Part shown: positions 8,462 to 17,629 of the stretch, piece after piece | How the letters are laid out: each line of letters opens with the position of its first letter | How positions within the stretch are numbered: position 1 is the first letter of the stretch | Assembly: GCF_009831105.1 (NCBI RefSeq) | Contig: NZ_WUUQ01000002.1 | Location: 240,001-272,000 of the forward strand | DNA from: Copranaerobaculum intestinale | GTDB lineage: Bacteria > Bacillota_I > Bacilli_A > Erysipelotrichales > Erysipelotrichaceae | Length of the DNA: 32,000 bases | Reading direction: 5' to 3' | Position numbers and translations under genes: made by a program | Notes under the pieces: generated by a model | Databases searched by the model: none | What the model saw: the letters and a program-made list of their open reading frames with translations, nothing else | Told to the model about the DNA's origin: nothing

Positions 8462-10582
8462 ATGCTTTTTTCGAAAATGATAGAAGTGAATGATGAGATA
8501 AATGCAGAAATGACGCTGCCCCGAAAGGGACCGGTCATAGCATTGGTCGGAAATCCAAATGTGGGTAAGAGTACGGTGTTCAACGCGCTTACCGGTATGA
8601 AGCAGCATACCGGTAACTGGCCGGGTAAAACGGTCGAGCTGGCAACGGGTACGTATGAGTACAACCATTTGCGGCATGAAATGGTAGATTTGCCTGGCAC
8701 CTATTCGCTGCTGGCACATTCCAGTGAAGAAGAAGTAACAAGGAATTTTATCTGCTTTGAGGAATGCGATGTGTGCACGGTTATCTGTGACAGTACTTGT
8801 TTAGAACGAAATCTCAATTTGGTCTTACAGACACTGGAGATTACCAATAAGGTCGTTGTGGTTTTGAATCTGCACGATGAAGCGCAGAAAAAGGGCATCC
8901 AGATTGATCAGGAGCAGTTACAGAAGCAGTTAGGCTGTGATGTAGTGACAATGAGTGCCCGCAACAATGTTGGATTCGATGATCTGAAAGCGGCAATTCA
9001 GCGGACTGCAAAAAAGAAATTTCAGGAGGAGCTTGTACCGGTACGCTATGATATGCGCATTGAGTACATGGCGCAGGAAATTATTGACGCAATGGGAGAT
9101 ATGCCGTTCAATCGCAGATTTTATGCATTGAAGCTCCTGGATCATCAGGTGGATGCTGAAGCGTTCTATCAGCAAATGGGAAAAAAGGCGGAGAATGTAA
9201 GAGCAGTCGTTACGCAATGTCATGAGAAATTGGCACATATGGGAATTGATCAGCGTTATGAGGAAATGATCGTTCATGCGATCAATTCAAAAGCTAAAAG
9301 GATCAGTGAAGATTGTATTATATTCAACAATGCCGACTACTATCAAAGAAATATGAAAATAGATCGGATCGTAACCAGCCGCCGCAGCGGGGTGCTGATT
9401 ATGCTGGCATTATTGGCTGTAATATTCTGGATCACGATCGAAGGAGCCAATGTACCGTCACAGATGCTGAGTGATATGTTCGGAAATCTTGAAGCTTGGC
9501 TGAATCAGCTGGCTTCGTCGATCTCCATGCCGGTATTTTGGCAGGGACTGCTGATTGACGGTGTGTATAAAACCCTAGCTTGGGTCGTCTCGGTCATGCT
9601 TCCGCCGATGGCCATCTTCTTCCCGATGTTTACGATCCTGGAAGACCTAGGCTATCTGCCGCGAATCGCTTTTAATCTGGATGGTTATTTCCAAAAAGCA
9701 TGTGCCTGCGGGAAACAAGCGCTTACGATGTGTATGGGGTTTGGATGTAATGCGGTTGGGGTCAGCGGGTGTAGGATCATTGATAGTCCCCGTGAACGGC
9801 TGATTGCTTTATTAACGAATAACTTTGTACCATGCAACGGCCGCTTTCCTACTTTGATCGCAATCATAACGATGTTTTTTTCCGGGATGCTGGCTGCACC
9901 GTGGAATGGGCTTATGTCTACACTTTTATTGACCGGAGTAATCTTATTCGGCATTTTGCTAACCTTTTGGACATCATCCTTTTTGTCAAAAACGATTCTG
10001 AAAGGCGTGCCGTCCTCTTTTACCCTGGAATTGCCGCCTTATCGCAAACCGCAATTCGGCAAAGTAATTGTTCGTTCTATTTTTGATCGTACGCTCTTTG
10101 TATTAGGCCGCGCAGTCAGCGTTGCGATTCCGGCCGGCGCGATTATCTGGCTGCTGGCAAATATTCAGGTTGACGGCATAACTTTATTGGCACATATTTC
10201 TGCCTTTCTTGATCCGCTGGGTCATTTGATGGGTCTCGACGGAGTGATTCTGTTAGCCTTTATATTAGGCTTCCCAGCCAATGAAATCGTTGTTCCGATC
10301 ATTATCATGTCCTATATGGCAAGCGGCTATATGATGGATATGCAGAATCTTTCAGCACTGAAAGAACTGCTGCTGAACAACGGCTGGACTTGGATAACCG
10401 CCGTATGTACGATGCTGTTTTCACTTGTCCATTTTCCATGTGCGACAACACTGCTGACCATTCGTAAAGAAACCAAGTCCTGGAAATGGACAGCGCTTTC
10501 CTTTCTGCTTCCGACGGTAATGGGAATCGTCTTATGTATCATCGTATCATCTGCATGTCATCTGCTGGTAGCACTCTTCTAA
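8462..10582 (+). CDS. feoB: Ferrous iron transporter FeoB
   Basis: The N-terminal G-domain has GNPNVGKST, DLPG and NLHD (an NKxD variant). A polytopic permease domain with the two gate regions follows. The track ORF from 8342 starts on TTG; the GGGGG RBS favours ATG 8462, with 8456 also possible. Confidence 0.92.
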   Translation: MLFSKMIEVNDEINAEMTLPRKGPVIALVGNPNVGKSTVFNALTGMKQHTGNWPGKTVELATGTYEYNHLRHEMVDLPGTYSLLAHSSEEEVTRNFICFEECDVCTVICDSTCLERNLNLVLQTLEITNKVVVVLNLHDEAQKKGIQIDQEQLQKQLGCDVVTMSARNNVGFDDLKAAIQRTAKKKFQEELVPVRYDMRIEYMAQEIIDAMGDMPFNRRFYALKLLDHQVDAEAFYQQMGKKAENVRAVVTQCHEKLAHMGIDQRYEEMIVHAINSKAKRISEDCIIFNNADYYQRNMKIDRIVTSRRSGVLIMLALLAVIFWITIEGANVPSQMLSDMFGNLEAWLNQLASSISMPVFWQGLLIDGVYKTLAWVVSVMLPPMAIFFPMFTILEDLGYLPRIAFNLDGYFQKACACGKQALTMCMGFGCNAVGVSGCRIIDSPRERLIALLTNNFVPCNGRFPTLIAIITMFFSGMLAAPWNGLMSTLLLTGVILFGILLTFWTSSFLSKTILKGVPSSFTLELPPYRKPQFGKVIVRSIFDRTLFVLGRAVSVAIPAGAIIWLLANIQVDGITLLAHISAFLDPLGHLMGLDGVILLAFILGFPANEIVVPIIIMSYMASGYMMDMQNLSALKELLLNNGWTWITAVCTMLFSLVHFPCATTLLTIRKETKSWKWTALSFLLPTVMGIVLCIIVSSACHLLVALF

Positions 10583-10609
10583 AAGATACTGTCTGACAGT
10601 ATCTTTTTT
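10581..10609 (+). terminator. Rho-independent terminator after feoB
   Basis: AAAAGATACTGTC-T-GACAGTATCTTTT hairpin followed by a T-run. Confidence 0.85.
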
Positions 10610-10712
10610 ACATACTAACACACTTTAAAAAGAAGTGAATAAATTCATTGCATTTCAATTATAAAAAGAGTAACATAGGCAATAATTAAGAAGGAAGGAA
10701 CTTTCAAATATT

Positions 10713-13004
10713 ATGCTGGAACTAAAACATATAAAAAAGACTTATCATGTCGGAGATACCGAAACCAAAGCGCTGGACGATATTTCGCTGTCTTTTCGCC
10801 AGAAAGAATTCGTAGCGATATTAGGAGTCAGCGGGTCGGGTAAGACCACCTGCCTGAATGTTATCGGTGGATTGGATCGTTATGACAGCGGTGATCTTGT
10901 TATCAACGGAAAACATACGGTTGATTTTAAAGATCGGGATTGGGATGCATATCGAAATAACAGCATCGGCTTTATTTTTCAAAGCTATAATCTGATTACC
11001 CATCTTGGTATTGTTGAAAATGTTGAGCTGGGCATGACGCTAAGCGGTGTATCACGGGATGAAAAGCATCGCCGTGCGGTAGAAGCGCTGACAAAAGTAG
11101 GACTGGAAGATCATATTCATAAAAAACCGAATCAGTTATCAGGCGGTCAGATGCAGCGGGTTGCGATTGCTCGGGCTCTGGCAAATGATCCGGATATTAT
11201 TTTAGCCGATGAACCGACCGGTGCTCTGGATACGACCACCAGTGTTCAGATCATGGATCTGATCAAGGAGGTTGCCAAGGATAAATTGGTGATCATGGTC
11301 ACTCATAATCCTGAATTGGCCGAAAATTATGCAGACCGTATCGTTCGCTTTGCGGATGGCAGGGTTGTATCGGATACCAATCCCTATGAGGAAGAAAAGC
11401 AGGACGATCATTTTAAATTGAAAAAGACCAGTATGAATTTCTTCACAGCACTGCGTCTTTCTTTCAATAACATCCGTACGAAAAAAGGAAGAACGGCGCT
11501 GACTGCCTTTGCTTCCAGTATCGGTATTATCGGAATTGCTTTGATTTTATCTTTATCCAATGGCTTTCAGATACAGATTGATAAATTTCAGCGTGAGAGC
11601 CTCACCAATTTCCCGATTATCATATCTAAGCAGAGCGCGTCGGTAAATCCTGAACAGATGGTTGCTCAAAGTAAAAAATATAAGGATTATCCTAAAGCCA
11701 AAACGGCTATTCCTTATGATCCGCAAAATGATTCGATGATGCATACAAATATTTTCACGGAAGACTATATGGAGTATATCAAAAAAGTCGATCCGCAGAC
11801 TGTCGGCAGTATTGGGTATACTAGGGTGGTCGGAATGAACCTTCTGTCTAAACAGGATAAAGGGATTACTCGAGTAGACAGCAAAGCACTGAATTTCAGC
11901 TCGTATCCGACTTCATTAAAAGCTAAAGGACAAACGAACAAAAGTTATCTTAAACAAAATTTTGATTTGCTTCAGGGAAGTTATCCGAAGGACAAACAGG
12001 ATTTAATTCTAGTCGTGGATAAAAAGAATCGTATCAGTACGCAACTGCTGGAAGCGCTGGGGCTTGATAAAGATGCCAAATCAATTGATTTTCATGAATT
12101 GGTTGGCAAGGAACTGAAAGTTGTACCTAATGATTTATTTTATCAATCCACACCAATGGGTACTTTTACGTTTAATCAGAACTATCAGCAGATGTATGAT
12201 AATGAGAAATCATTAAGTGTACGGATCGTCGGGGTATTTCGTCAGAAAAAAGATGTTGTCATGTCGGAGCTAAATGCCGGTATCGCTTATCGTGATGATC
12301 TCGTCCAATATGTCATTGATGCAGATAAAGATTCTGCCATTTTAAAGGCGCAGCAAACATCTGATCGCAATGTATTAACCATGGAACCGCTGGATGCGGA
12401 TACCAAAACTCAGATGATTTCTTACCTGGGCGGAGATGAAACTCCATATGTGATTACCATTTATCCGCGCAGCTTTAATGCAAAGGATGATGTATTGAAA
12501 TATCTGGATGCTTTCAATAAAGGCAAGTCAAAGGAAGATCAGGTTATCTATACTGACATGGCAGATACGATTACTTCTTTAAGCGGTGGAATTATCGATG
12601 GTATAACGATGGTATTGGTTGCTTTTGCGGCGACCTCACTGATTGTATCTCTGATTATGATTGCAATTATTACGTACACGTCAGTATTGGAGCGAACCAA
12701 GGAAATTGGTGTGCTGCGTGCCCTCGGCGCTCGTAAAAAGGATATTACACGTGTGTTTGATGCGGAAACCTGTCTATTAGGTATTTTTTCCGGATGCTTG
12801 GGGATTGCCATTGCCTATTTCTTGACATTCCCGATCAATTCGATTATCTATGCGGCTACGGAACTTAAAAATGTCGCCCAGCTGCAGCCGATACATGCCG
12901 TTTTGCTAATAGTTATCAGTACAGTATTAACTATGCTTGGCGGTCATATACCAGCCCGTATGGCATCGAAAAAGGATGCTGTGGAAGCACTGAGAAGCGA
13001 ATAA
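10713..13004 (+). CDS. Fused ABC transporter ATP-binding protein/FtsX-type permease (MacB-like)
   Basis: Walker A GVSGSGKTT, signature LSGGQMQR and Walker B ILADEPT are present. A TM helix, a large extracytoplasmic region and a C-terminal FtsX-like 3-TM block (ERTKEIGVLRALGA) follow. Confidence 0.9.
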   Translation: MLELKHIKKTYHVGDTETKALDDISLSFRQKEFVAILGVSGSGKTTCLNVIGGLDRYDSGDLVINGKHTVDFKDRDWDAYRNNSIGFIFQSYNLITHLGIVENVELGMTLSGVSRDEKHRRAVEALTKVGLEDHIHKKPNQLSGGQMQRVAIARALANDPDIILADEPTGALDTTTSVQIMDLIKEVAKDKLVIMVTHNPELAENYADRIVRFADGRVVSDTNPYEEEKQDDHFKLKKTSMNFFTALRLSFNNIRTKKGRTALTAFASSIGIIGIALILSLSNGFQIQIDKFQRESLTNFPIIISKQSASVNPEQMVAQSKKYKDYPKAKTAIPYDPQNDSMMHTNIFTEDYMEYIKKVDPQTVGSIGYTRVVGMNLLSKQDKGITRVDSKALNFSSYPTSLKAKGQTNKSYLKQNFDLLQGSYPKDKQDLILVVDKKNRISTQLLEALGLDKDAKSIDFHELVGKELKVVPNDLFYQSTPMGTFTFNQNYQQMYDNEKSLSVRIVGVFRQKKDVVMSELNAGIAYRDDLVQYVIDADKDSAILKAQQTSDRNVLTMEPLDADTKTQMISYLGGDETPYVITIYPRSFNAKDDVLKYLDAFNKGKSKEDQVIYTDMADTITSLSGGIIDGITMVLVAFAATSLIVSLIMIAIITYTSVLERTKEIGVLRALGARKKDITRVFDAETCLLGIFSGCLGIAIAYFLTFPINSIIYAATELKNVAQLQPIHAVLLIVISTVLTMLGGHIPARMASKKDAVEALRSE

Positions 13005-13030
13005 AAAATGCTGAGTGATCAGCTTTTTTT
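13003..13030 (+). terminator. Short terminator hairpin after the ABC gene
   Basis: GCTGA-GTGA-TCAGC hairpin flanked by an A6 run and a T7 run. The stem is only 5 bp. Confidence 0.5.
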
Positions 13031-13090
13031 ATATATGTAGATTTTCATAATTTGTGAATGATAATGGAAGAATATTGTGATACTTGATAA

Positions 13091-13124
13091 GTAAAAGGAC
13101 TGCCTCATGAAAGTGACAGTCCTT
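13091..13124 (-). terminator. Terminator for the minus-strand HD gene
   Basis: AAGGACTG...CAGTCCTT is an 8-bp stem with a 14-nt loop. On the minus strand it is followed by TTTTAC. Confidence 0.5.
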
Positions 13125-13158
13125 GCAATGAGATGCGTTTTATCATAATCTGTTTTAG

Positions 13159-13740
13159 TTATTTACCTTCAAGAAAATAAGTAGCTTCCATATCGGCTGT
13201 ACTCAATGCAAAGGCAATGGGATAATTCTCAAATGTGTAGCCGATGCTGCGTTGATCTTCCGGCCCAGAAAAACCCATGTGATAACGAATTGCGAATGCT
13301 TCCTCCCTAGTAAGCTTCATAAATCCGGTTATGATATAGACTGATTTTTCGCCATGACCATAGGGAAGCTGATCGTCAAACTCATAATACGGAACCTGCT
13401 TCCATTCTCCGTTTATCTTCTGATTACGAGTGCTTTCTTTATACACATTGGTTTTACAAATATCATGGAGCAGAGCTACTATAGCTACTGTTTCATCGTT
13501 ATAATTCATGTTGTAAGTTGATTTCGTGCGTTCTCTGGACAGATAATCAACCAGGCAGTCATACACATTCAAGCTGTGTTCAAGCAGTCCTCCAGAATAG
13601 GAGCCATGAAAGCGAGTGCTTGCCGGAGCGGTAAAGAAATCACATTGATCACTGCACATATATGCAAGCAGCCTGTCTGCGCCCTCTCGCTTGATGTGTT
13701 CCTGAAATAAGGCAATAAAACGTTCTTTGTTATTTTCCAT
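13159..13740 (-). CDS. HD-domain metal-dependent phosphohydrolase
   Basis: Contains FHGSYSGGLLEHSL (the H of HD) and VALLHDICK (the HD dyad). The second ATG (13740) has a GAGAGG RBS 7 nt upstream. The track start is 13764. Confidence 0.75.
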   Translation of the reverse strand: MENNKERFIALFQEHIKREGADRLLAYMCSDQCDFFTAPASTRFHGSYSGGLLEHSLNVYDCLVDYLSRERTKSTYNMNYNDETVAIVALLHDICKTNVYKESTRNQKINGEWKQVPYYEFDDQLPYGHGEKSVYIITGFMKLTREEAFAIRYHMGFSGPEDQRSIGYTFENYPIAFALSTADMEATYFLEGK

Positions 13741-14007
13741 AAGCTTACCTCTCTGTGATTCCATTATACACGAAAAAGATTACCTGCGTCCACGTACGGA
13801 AATAGAATCAGACAAAATTAATTATTATAAATTGAGGGAACGGATGAAAATACAGGGAATGAAAAACGGATAAACGAAATGTAAAATAATTTATCAAAAC
13901 CTATCTGAAGTTTATGGAAATAATTAATTATAGAATCATTTGAATGGTCTATTATTTCCTTCCATACTTAGAAACGATTTAGATTATGTTTTTATTCTTA
14001 TAGATTA

Positions 14008-14016
14008 TGATATAAT
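14008..14016 (+). promoter_or_regulatory. Extended -10 element (TGaTATAAT) for the DUF2779 gene
   Basis: TG-A-TATAAT lies 20 nt upstream of the ATG at 14037, with a GAGGTGA RBS between them. No convincing -35 was found. Confidence 0.45.
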
Positions 14017-14036
14017 TTTACCATTGAGGTGATTTT

Positions 14037-15533
14037 ATGTATCATATTTCTGATATTAAAAAATTCGAACGGTGTGAAAAATATTTTTGGCTTTATACTC
14101 ACCAGCCAGTAAAGTATTCACCTTTCGTGTATCATAATGAGAATATGACAGAGCTTTGTAAAAAGCTGCTTTCGATTAATGAACCGTATTTTGAAGGACA
14201 AGCCAATGATGAAGGAGAAAAAGCATTACAAGCAATTTCAGAGTATTCCTGCCTTGTAAATGCCCGTTTTGTATATCAGGATTTGCGTATTAAGATACCG
14301 TTTTTGATAAAACAGGATGACCACAGCTTCGACGTTTATTTTACTTATACCAGTTGTTATCCAAAAGAAGGGGAAGCGCAGTCAATCGCCGACCATATGT
14401 ATGTGTTAAAACAGCTGCAAATACCGGTTCATCATATTTATGCGATTCATTTGAATGCGCAATATGTTCGTCAGGGGGACTTGGACGTTCATGAACTGCT
14501 GATAATCGATACCTATTTATTCAATCATAAAAATAAAGCGCATCAGAAAATTGAAGAATTAGTTGATACTTGTTCACGAAATCTGGATGAGGTGCTTGTG
14601 AGAATGCGTGAAGTTCAACAGGTTGAACATGTTGAAAGCAAGCGGACAACAATGTGCACAAGAGGATTAAAATGTCCTTATTTTGAAAAGTGCTTTGAAA
14701 CTCCAAGTCCCACCTCTGTATTGAATCTGGTACAGTCCGCTGGAAAGCTGGAAATGCAGGAAGCAGGTATTCAGGATATGCGTGATGTCGATCTAGCCAA
14801 GTTAGAAGGTACACGTCATCAGTATGCGCAGATCATGGCCGCGAAATGTTTCGACGGTATTTACTTTGATACCTTTGCTATGTATTCGTGGGTGCATGAC
14901 AATATTCAATATCCAATTTCCTATTTGGATTTTGAATGGGAAACATATGTTTATCCGCCTTACGACGGCATGAAGCCTTATGATGTGCTGACCTTTCAAT
15001 ATTCATTGCACATAGAAAAGGAACATGGTGCTGAGCTGGAGCATAAACAGTTTTTAGGTAAGCAGGACTGCCGTGAAGCATTCATACAGCATTTGCTTGC
15101 AAACATTCCGGAAACCGGCACAATTATGGTATTCAATATGGAAGGTGCAGAGAAGCTGCGCCTCATGCAGCTTAGCGAGCAGTTCCCACAGTATCGTGAA
15201 CAGTTAGTAGCGGTATGCGATCGCATGATCGATCTATCTTTGCCATTCAGTACCGGCAATGTCTATCTAAAAGAGATGGCGGGGATGTACTCACTGAAAA
15301 AATTGGTTACGATTTTCAGTGATTATCGTTATAGCGATCTGGATATTTCATATGGTATGGATGCCGTAAAAAACTGGCGTATGCTGGCACATAGCGATGA
15401 TGAGCAAAGTAAGGAAATAGAGCAGCATCTGTTTGAATATTGTGCGATGGATACATATGCAATGGTGCTTGTCTATCACGGTATCTTAGATCTATTAAAT
15501 GAAAAAAGTAAGAATTTATATTCATCATCTTAG
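14037..15533 (+). CDS. DUF2779-family protein (Cas4/RecB-like Cys-cluster N-domain plus DEDD/RNase H-like C-domain)
   Basis: The N-terminus ISDIKKFERCEKYFWL and the block YLDFEWETYVYPPYDGMKPYDVLTFQYSLH match the DUF2779 signature (LDFET...P...PyqqiPFQ.S.H). Cysteines at C13, C207, C213 and C219 are arranged like an Fe-S nuclease cluster. Confidence 0.7.
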   Translation: MYHISDIKKFERCEKYFWLYTHQPVKYSPFVYHNENMTELCKKLLSINEPYFEGQANDEGEKALQAISEYSCLVNARFVYQDLRIKIPFLIKQDDHSFDVYFTYTSCYPKEGEAQSIADHMYVLKQLQIPVHHIYAIHLNAQYVRQGDLDVHELLIIDTYLFNHKNKAHQKIEELVDTCSRNLDEVLVRMREVQQVEHVESKRTTMCTRGLKCPYFEKCFETPSPTSVLNLVQSAGKLEMQEAGIQDMRDVDLAKLEGTRHQYAQIMAAKCFDGIYFDTFAMYSWVHDNIQYPISYLDFEWETYVYPPYDGMKPYDVLTFQYSLHIEKEHGAELEHKQFLGKQDCREAFIQHLLANIPETGTIMVFNMEGAEKLRLMQLSEQFPQYREQLVAVCDRMIDLSLPFSTGNVYLKEMAGMYSLKKLVTIFSDYRYSDLDISYGMDAVKNWRMLAHSDDEQSKEIEQHLFEYCAMDTYAMVLVYHGILDLLNEKSKNLYSSS

Positions 15534-15793
15534 TTATATTTTGCAATTTTTTACTGTAAAATCGTATGGTGAAAATACACATAAAAAGGAATATTTGAAA
15601 ATTTTTCCTATATATAAAAAATAGAAAAATCCCGTTATGAAAGATGATTGCACCTGCCTCATGGGTTGTTTATAATGATGGCAGGGAAAGGAAGAAACTG
15701 ATAAAACAAAATGGTGGGGGCCGAAACAGTTGATACGGTATACTTCTGAGGGAGATTTAAAGAAGCGAAAGAACTGTGATTTTTCTGTTTCAA

Positions 15794-15822
15794 ACGCCAT
15801 GTCCACCATGGTGCTTTTTTTA
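15794..15822 (+). terminator. Intrinsic terminator-like hairpin inside the leader of the 94-aa ORF
   Basis: cgCCATG-tccac-CATGGtg stem (7 bp including one G-U pair) followed by a T7 run. It ends 15 nt upstream of the ATG at 15838. Confidence 0.55.
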
Positions 15823-15837
15823 TCAGCGGGTGAAATT

Positions 15838-16122
15838 ATGCGTATTGAGAATGATGAAAGATTGCGTAAAATGTATGCCGATATTTATCAGGAAATTATC
15901 AATATTACCGGGTATCATCACAAAGATGATTTAGAGCTTTTAGATCGATGGCTGGAAGATAATAATATTGTGGACGTATATTTACAGATATTACAAATTT
16001 ACACGTCAGATATTAGACTGACGCCTCAGGAACGTGATTTGCTATTGCAGTATCGTACAATGAATGAGCGCAGCAGGGCAAAATTAAGAAAGTCATTAAC
16101 ATTGCTAACAAGCACAAAGTAA
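15838..16122 (+). CDS. Hypothetical 94-aa helical protein, first gene of the regulator cluster
   Basis: The ATG at 15838 is preferred because the track start (15730) would read through the terminator hairpin. A GGGTGA RBS precedes it. I recognise no family. The C-terminal LTPQERDLLLQYRTMNERSRAKL resembles tails seen on small XRE-type proteins. Confidence 0.5.
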   Translation: MRIENDERLRKMYADIYQEIINITGYHHKDDLELLDRWLEDNNIVDVYLQILQIYTSDIRLTPQERDLLLQYRTMNERSRAKLRKSLTLLTSTK

Positions 16123-16130
16123 TAAACTAT

Positions 16131-16159
16131 TTTACAGAAAATTTCTTATTTGTTACAAT
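16131..16159 (+). promoter_or_regulatory. Promoter of regulator 1
   Basis: TTTACA (16131-16136), a 17-nt spacer ending in TG-T, then TACAAT (16154-16159). It lies 24 nt upstream of the ATG at 16183. Confidence 0.6.
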
Positions 16160-16182
16160 AGACCTGTAAAGGGGTTTGACGG

Positions 16183-17499
16183 ATGGAGACGATTATAAAC
16201 TCATCTTATTTAATAACAATCGGAACGCTGATCGGTTATGAAAGAAAGATGAAATGCAAGGAATTGGCTGGTACCAAGGAAAAGGAAGCATATAAACAAA
16301 TACCTTTTTGTGAAGGGATTTGTTGCGTGCAGACATATCGTAATATTGAAAAAGCTACTCTTGAAGTGAAAACTCCAATCTATGAGAAATTACTTCATAA
16401 GCTTGGCTATGAAATGATTTATGATGATGATCTTTATAAGGAGATAAATTATAGATTGCAGAATTTGAATGATGCAATAGAGAAATATGATTTGGAATCA
16501 GTATTTATTATTGTTGATAAATTGAATAATTTATTGAAAAATTCGGAAAAAGATATTTATCAGAAATATTTAATTCAAGTAATTGATGTCATATATCAAT
16601 ATTATAAAATCAATGAGTTCCCGGATTTAATAAATGTTGAAATGATGAAATCTGTATATGCAGGCTTTCCTTCATATATAAAAAGCGTCATGATTGATAT
16701 ATTATATAAATATGCCGTATTGAATATTATTGATGATAATGAATATGTTAAATATGTAAAAGAAATCAATTTAAAAACAAGTAAATATGTGCCTAATCAA
16801 ATAAATTATTTACAATTTTTATGTAATATTCAAGATTTTGATAAATTCTATCTTATTTTTGAAGAAGTATTGAAAGACTTAAAAAAGAAGCGATTGTTTT
16901 TAAGAATGCTTGATATTTATGATTTAAAAATCATAGCTGATCTTAATACTGATCCAACAAGAATAGTAAAAGACATAGATGAATGTAATATAAATGTAGA
17001 TCGTGTTATGAATAAATTAAGTTTTCATGAGGATGAAGAAGTCACTTCTAAAACCATAAAAACAAAGCTATCGCAGCATTATTATAATATTGGTTATTCA
17101 TTGATGATTGCAAGGCAGTATAATGAAGCAAAAGATGCATTTGAAAAATCTTTGAATTATGATGATATCTTTGAATTAGCATGTAAAGTGTTTTTATTTA
17201 ATTGCTATGATAGATTAGGATTTGATTGTGTTGAGTATAGGAATTATATTAATCTGAGCAGAACTTATGATACAAGTAATAAACATTATGTTTTATTCTT
17301 ATATTATGTTTTCAAACTTGAGAATAATAATTTGAGGGAAAGGTTAAAGTACATTAAAAAATATGTGTTGAATTATATTCTTCCAGAAGATACATTGCTC
17401 ATAAGAATTTTATTTTTCGAAATTAATAATTTGGCGAAGGCAACTTCTAATTATCAAGTTCTCCAAGAATTTATTGAAAAAATGGGTTTAATTAACTAA
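16183..17499 (+). CDS. RRNPP-like (NprR/PlcR/AimR-type) regulator 1: degenerate XRE HTH plus TPR-like helical repeats
   Basis: The N-terminus IGTLIGYERK...FCEGICCVQTYRNIEKA...IYEKLLHKLGY follows the XRE HTH pattern. The rest is all-helical with TPR-like units (YYNIGYSLMIARQYNEAKDAFEKSL). At 438 aa it is close to NprR in size. A secreted pro-peptide gene lies immediately downstream. Confidence 0.6.
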   Translation: METIINSSYLITIGTLIGYERKMKCKELAGTKEKEAYKQIPFCEGICCVQTYRNIEKATLEVKTPIYEKLLHKLGYEMIYDDDLYKEINYRLQNLNDAIEKYDLESVFIIVDKLNNLLKNSEKDIYQKYLIQVIDVIYQYYKINEFPDLINVEMMKSVYAGFPSYIKSVMIDILYKYAVLNIIDDNEYVKYVKEINLKTSKYVPNQINYLQFLCNIQDFDKFYLIFEEVLKDLKKKRLFLRMLDIYDLKIIADLNTDPTRIVKDIDECNINVDRVMNKLSFHEDEEVTSKTIKTKLSQHYYNIGYSLMIARQYNEAKDAFEKSLNYDDIFELACKVFLFNCYDRLGFDCVEYRNYINLSRTYDTSNKHYVLFLYYVFKLENNNLRERLKYIKKYVLNYILPEDTLLIRILFFEINNLAKATSNYQVLQEFIEKMGLIN

Positions 17500-17566
17500 T
17501 AAATTACCCATTTTTTTATTTTTGTTTAAATTCTGCTAAAAGCAGGATTATGGGTATTTCGGTGCA

Positions 17567-17595
17567 TAGATAAAATATTTCATGGCCTTTATGAT
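17567..17595 (+). promoter_or_regulatory. Candidate activator-dependent promoter of pro-peptide 1
   Basis: A weak -35 TAGATA, a 17-nt spacer, then TATGAT inside the 9-mer CTTTATGAT. That 9-mer recurs upstream of pro-peptide 2. Confidence 0.4.
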
Positions 17596-17629
17596 GTTTC
17601 TGTAAAGAGAAAAGGAGGGTCATTAGACC

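Noticed and set aside
13820-13850. A 9-aa micro-ORF (MKIQGMKNG) with a GAGGGA-like RBS in the HD/DUF2779 divergent spacer.
   Set aside because: It is too short and uninformative. It more likely reflects the ACGGA(T/A)-repeat sequence of a regulatory region.
15637-15675. A 12-aa Cys-rich micro-ORF, MKDDCTCLMGCL, in the leader upstream of the regulator cluster. It is tempting as a RiPP-like or signalling peptide.
   Set aside because: It has no Shine-Dalgarno sequence, no signal or leader peptide, and no modification enzyme nearby. A 12-codon ORF in AT-rich DNA is expected by chance.
15730-15837. The N-terminal 36-codon extension of the 94-aa ORF given by the track.
   Set aside because: The extension has no RBS and would have to be translated across the terminator hairpin and T7 run at 15794-15822. 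The internal ATG at 15838 has an RBS-like GGGTGA.
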